A DNA stretch of 64,000 nucleotides from Eledone cirrhosa (Eukaryota), in assembly GCA_964016885.1 (NCBI GenBank), contig OZ024743.1, positions 224,874,001 through 224,938,000 of the forward strand, read 5' to 3'. Both the position numbers and the translations under genes were made by a program. The notes under the pieces are model-generated. The model was given only the letters and a program-made list of their open reading frames with translations, was not told the DNA's origin and ran no database searches. Shown in pieces: positions 58,873 through 64,000 of the stretch. Position 1 is the stretch's first letter. Every line of letters starts with the position of its first letter.

Positions 58873-59932
58873 TAATAATGAAAAAGTTAGTTATCTTACT
58901 AAATATGTACAGATTTGATTTTATTCAAAAATTTTTTTAAAATCACAGTGTCAAAATCAAAGTGGGGTTTAAATGTAAAATGCAGTGCGTTTTGAATGTG
59001 ATCTTTAACAGCACAGTAACAATTCAACGTTTCAGCCTTATTGAACCTTATAAGTGAATCCTAGTGAAACTATTACTGCAGATATCAGAATACTGAATGG
59101 ATATGGTTGCTTTAAAAGTCACAACGATTGCTAGTTGTTATAGCACTGATTTAACTTATTTTCTCCAGCCTACACACCACTACCATCATTTCCACAGTCA
59201 TTGGCCAAACATGACTGAAAGTTGGTTCAATAACATTGATTCTTGTTCTACTTGATTGAAAAATGACATCTATAAAATATTATTTCTTGAATTTACAGGT
59301 TTATTGGCTTTTTTATTGAAATAAAAGAACAGAAATAAAAATAATAAAATAGAAAAAAATTAGTAACTTAAAAGGAAAGAGGAGTTTAAAATGATACTTC
59401 CTTGAGTTGACTAAATGACTCCCAGGGAAGTATCATTTTGAACTTCACTTTTTTTAAAACTACTATTTTAAAAAATATTTTATTATTTTTCTTTTTCTTC
59501 TTTTATTTCTTTGTTTTTGTATTTGTTTTACAAGATCTTTGATATGAAACTTATGGTGAAACAAATAATGTTATACTTTGGGAGGGTCAGGCTGCCAATA
59601 GATACAGACACACACACACACATCCACCCCCACCCCCACACACGTAATGCTGGTATGGCCATGTAATGCATATGGATGTTGAGTGTTGGGTGAAGAAGTA
59701 TCAAGAAATCACAGTGGAAAGGATCACTGGATCTCTCACAGCTGGGTTGACAAAGGACAAAAATAAATGGAGAGATCCTGTGCTAGAAAGAACCTGTCCA
59801 ACCCATGCAGGCATGGAAAAATAGATGTAAATCAGTAATGATGATGACCCCCCCCCACACACACACATATATATATATATATATACAAGGTCTCACCCTT
59901 GCAAGCAGGGAGAAGCGGACGTAAAATGATGT

Positions 59933-60256
59933 ATCATCATCATTTCATTTTTACGTTCACTTTTCCCTGCTTGCAAGGGTGGGACGGGAACTGATTCTGG
60001 CTTGATTTCTACAGCTGGATGCCCTTCCTAACACCAACCTCATTTACAGTGAGTGCTGGGTGCTTTTTTGCCGTGGCACCTCCACGACCACTTTACAGTG
60101 GAATGATATTGATCCCAGTCCCTATCATCTCATTTCTACAGCTGAGTAAAATGGAGCAATGTGAAATAAAGTGTCTTGCTCATCACCCGGTCTGAGAATT
60201 GAACTCACAACCTTTCGATTGCAAGGCCAATGCTCTAACCACTAAGCCATGTGCCT
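59933..60256 (-). mobile_element. tRNA-derived SINE (first family)
   Basis: Reverse complement of 56670-57010 with a small deletion. Confidence 0.88.
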
Positions 60257-60599
60257 ATATATATATATATATATACAACCACACATCTAACCACTAAGCC
60301 ATGTGCCTATATATATATATACACCCACACATCTTTGTATGAGGTGTGTACAGGTAAGTAGGCAAGTGTGTTTGCATAGAAATACATATTGAGTCCCCAA
60401 CACATATAAGTGAATGCATGTGCATGTATATGTGTATATATGTGTTATGAATATTATAAGTGTGCGTATGTGTGCGCATGCACACACACACACACACACA
60501 AACATGCACACACACACACATATTTATAATCTTTTTTCAAATATTTACATATGTATATATATATTTAAAGACAAAGAGAGAGAAAGAAAGAAAAGAGAA

Positions 60600-60631
<32 letters not shown>

Positions 60632-61068
60632 TTATATACACAGACATACATGCATTCATATATAATTAAAGAGATGCATACAAATTTGTAGTAAATATGG
60701 GTATATATCATATATGTATATATATATATATATATAAGAAAAATTGAAATCTGTATGCAAAGGTGTGAGTGTTTGTGTAGGTAGGTGACAGAAAGATGAA
60801 ACGAGTAGTTGCAGTTAAGTTGCTGTCAGCTGTGACAGACATGCAGGAAGGATTTGATCTATAACACTGCTATATATTCAGTAGGTGATGCCATTTATAG
60901 AAAGTGCACCTCATCTAGCACCGTATCAAATGTCTTCTTTTCAAAATCTATAAAATGCTGCTCTACAGCTTATTAAACAGCTACACTCTTTGACTCCGAC
61001 TGACATACACCTCTCCTTTTTCTTTTAAAAAAAAGTTGTAGTTGTTTATATATATATATATATATGTA

Positions 61069-61419
61069 TCATCATCATCATCATCATCATCATCATTTTA
61101 CGTCCACTTTTCCCTGCTTGCAAGAGTGGGACGGGAACTGATTCTGGCTTGATTTCTACAGCTGGATGCCCTTCCTAACACCAACCTCATTTTACAGTGA
61201 GTGCTGGGTGCTTTTTTTCCGTGGCACCTCCACGACCACTTTGCAGTGGAATGATAGGGACCCCAGTCCCTATCATCTCATTTCTACAGCTGAGTAAACT
61301 GGAGCAATGTGAAATAAAGTGTCTTGCTCAAGGAAACAACACATCACCCGGTCTGAGAATTGAACTCACAACCTTTCGATTGCAAGGCCAATGCTCTAAA
61401 CACTAAGCCATGTGCCTCC
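61069..61419 (-). mobile_element. tRNA-derived SINE (first family), full length
   Basis: Reverse complement of 56670-57010. Confidence 0.9.
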
Positions 61420-62247
61420 ATCAGGGAAATGGCCATATTCGATATGCAGAAAAGGAACTGGCATAAATTCTATAAAATGCACACAATGCAGGTCCTGGGT
61501 ACACAAGAGATGTAGCGGGATAGCAGGCAAACTAACAGGTAGGGAGAAATATGTATGCAGTAGATGTACAGGGAAATTAGACAGTAGAAGTCGCACTGAT
61601 AGACACATTTTTCAAATGCGAGAGGGCGCTATAGAAGTGGTGGATAGCTTCCGGTACCTAGGAGATCAGATTAGCATGGGAGGAGGGTGTTCCAAGGCCA
61701 TAGTATCTAGAATAAGGACGGGTTGGAAGAAGTTTAGGGAGCTGCTTCCTCTTTTGACGAAGAAGGGTTTCTCCCTGCATACGAAAGGCCGGTTGTATGA
61801 TGCCTGTGTGAGGAGCGCGATGCTGCATGGTAGTGAGACATGGGCAGCAACCGCAGAGGATATGTGACGGCTGGAGAGAAATGAGGCAAGCATGCTCCGT
61901 TGGATGTGCAGTGTAAATGTGCGTGAACGACCCAGCATAAATGTGTTGAGAGAGAAACTGTGTCTGAGAGGGATAGAATGTAGTGTACGGGAGAGGAGAC
62001 TGAGGTGGTATGCACATGTGATGCACATGGGTGGAAGAAGTGCCAGGAAATGCCAGTTGAAGGAAGACGTGTTAGAGGTAGACCACGAAAAACATGGGCG
62101 GAGGTGGTGAGAACAGACCTCAGATCATTGAAGCTCACGGTGGAGATGACGAGGGACCGTGACGAGTGGAGAGATGCTGTGCTGAATAAGACCCGTCCCA
62201 GCCTTGCAAGCAGGGAAAAGCGGACGTAAAATGATGATGATGATGAT
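61420..62247 (+). mobile_element. 5'-truncated RTE LINE, third subfamily (tail donor for the SINE)
   Basis: ORF 61412-61867 (GKWP..C..C..WVHKRC, FRYLG, LHGSETW) and a (GAT)n tail. Confidence 0.9.
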
Positions 62248-62359
62248 ATACATATATATATATATACATATATACATATATATATATACATATATACATA
62301 TATATATAAATATATATATATATACATATATATATAAATACATATATATATATATACAT

Positions 62360-62791
62360 ATGACTTGGGATGAGGTGATAAAAGCCGACCTTACCCAATT
62401 ACACCTCTCGAAGGCAATGACACACGACCGTGACTTCTGGCGTCACGCAGTAATACAGAGGACCCGACCTCCCATGGGTACAAGCTGAAGCATATAGACA
62501 ATATGCCCCCACACCCCCCACCGCAAGGTGGTCGTGGAGGTGCCACGGCAAAAAAGCACCCAGCCCACACTGTAAAGTGGACGTGTAGGCGCCACGAAAA
62601 AGCACCTAGCACTCACTGTAAATGAGGTTGGTGTTAGGAAGGGCATCCAGCTGTAGAAATCAAGCCAAATCAGTTCCTGTATGAGCAAGGCATGGTCCTG
62701 ACCAGACACTGCCCACAACAGGACAACCCGTCTAACCCATGCTAGCGTGTAAGAACGGATGTAAAACGGTGATGATGATGATGATGATGAT
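62360..62791 (+). mobile_element. RTE 3' end (second subfamily)
   Basis: [10 protein letters not shown]..., 3'UTR and (GAT)n. Confidence 0.85.
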
Positions 62792-62885
62792 ATAAAATAT
62801 AGAGTTATTAACTCATATTGATACCCTGCAATTAACAAGCTCAAAGTATAAATACTGAGCATTATAATATTAATATGTGTAGAAG

Positions 62886-64000
62886 TCATCATCATCATCA
62901 TCACCGTTTTACGTCCGTTCTTCCACGCTAGCATGGGTTAGACGGGTTGTCCTGTTGTGTGCAGTGTCTGGTCGGCTGACCATGCCTTGCTCATACAGGA
63001 ACTGATCTGGCTTGATTTCTACAGCTGGATGCCCTTCCTAACACCAACCTCATTTACAGTGAGTGCTGGGTGCTTTTTCGTGGCGCCTACACGTCCACTT
63101 TACAGTGTGGGCTGGGTGCTTTTTTGCCGTGACACCTCCACGACCACCTTGCGGTGGGGGTTGTGGGGGCATATTGTTTATATGCTTGTACCCATGGGAG
63201 GTCGGGTACTCTGTATCACTGCGTGACGCCAGAAGTCACGGTCGTGTGTCATTGTCTTTGAGAGGTGTAGTTGGGTAAGGTCGGCTTTTATCACCTCATC
63301 CCAGGTCATCTTGGGTCTCCCCACTCCGCGGTTTCCATCAACTTCTAGTGCTCTGCACCTTTTTATGCAGCTGTCATCCTTCATACGCATCACATGTCCA
63401 TACCAGCGCAACCGCCTCTCCTGCACACAGCATTTGATTCCTCTTATGCTCAGTCTCTCTCTCAATTCATTTATGCTTTGTCGTTCACGTATATTACTGT
63501 TACACATCCATCGGAGCATGCAGGCTTCGTTTCTCTCTAATCTACGTAAGTCTTCCACCTTCAGCGCCCAGGTCTCACTACCATGCAACATCGCTGTTCG
63601 GATACACGCATCATACAGTCTGCCTTTCATTCTGAGGGAGAAGCCTTTTGCAGCTAGCAGTGGTAGTAGTTCCCTAAACTTCTTCCATACCGTTCTTACC
63701 CTAGTTATTGTACTTTCTGAACACCCACCTCCGTTGCTAATTTGGTCACCTAGGTAGCAGAAGCTGTCTACTGTTTCTACAGGGCCCTCCCAGAGATTGG
63801 TGGTACTTGTTTCCTGTGGCTGTTTGCTGCTTGCTGTTTCAGCACAGCTGCTACATGTGAATCCTACATTCTTAATTAAGCTTCCTGAGATCCCGCTACA
63901 TCTCTTGTGTACCCATTGTTTGCATTTGGGGCAGAGAATGGAGTTCCTACCTACACCTTTCCTACATACTGAGCAAGGCCATTTCCCTGAGGGGATCTGG
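62886..64000 (-). mobile_element. RTE LINE (second subfamily), runs off the window end
   Basis: ORF 63178-63630, 3'UTR and (CAT)n. Confidence 0.9.

Overview
AT-rich, repeat-saturated eukaryotic DNA. The (TA)n microsatellite load and SINE/LINE types suggest an octopus-like cephalopod (inference). Host content is three small minus-strand exons (49464-49516, 39587-39661, 16711-16752) that splice in frame into a GAF-A segment of a PDE2-like cyclic-nucleotide phosphodiesterase. The rest is intron-like sequence filled with RTE-clade LINEs, a CR1-type LINE fragment, two tRNA-derived SINE families, MITEs, kb-long (TA)n tracts and Penelope-like (GIY-YIG) element remnants. The standout is a 6.27-kb fold-back array (5668-11934) of near-identical 468-bp units, each carrying an intact minimal type I hammerhead ribozyme. 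About 6.3 units point left and about 7.1 point right, joined head-to-head and inserted in (TA)n. It looks like a retrozyme (circular RNA) copied by rolling-circle reverse transcription from both ends of a target site. Several other hammerhead-bearing, head-to-head inverted elements of unrelated sequence, two with GIY-YIG ORF remnants, share this architecture and point to Penelope-like machinery as the mobiliser. All analysis was by eye; boundaries of old repeats are approximate.
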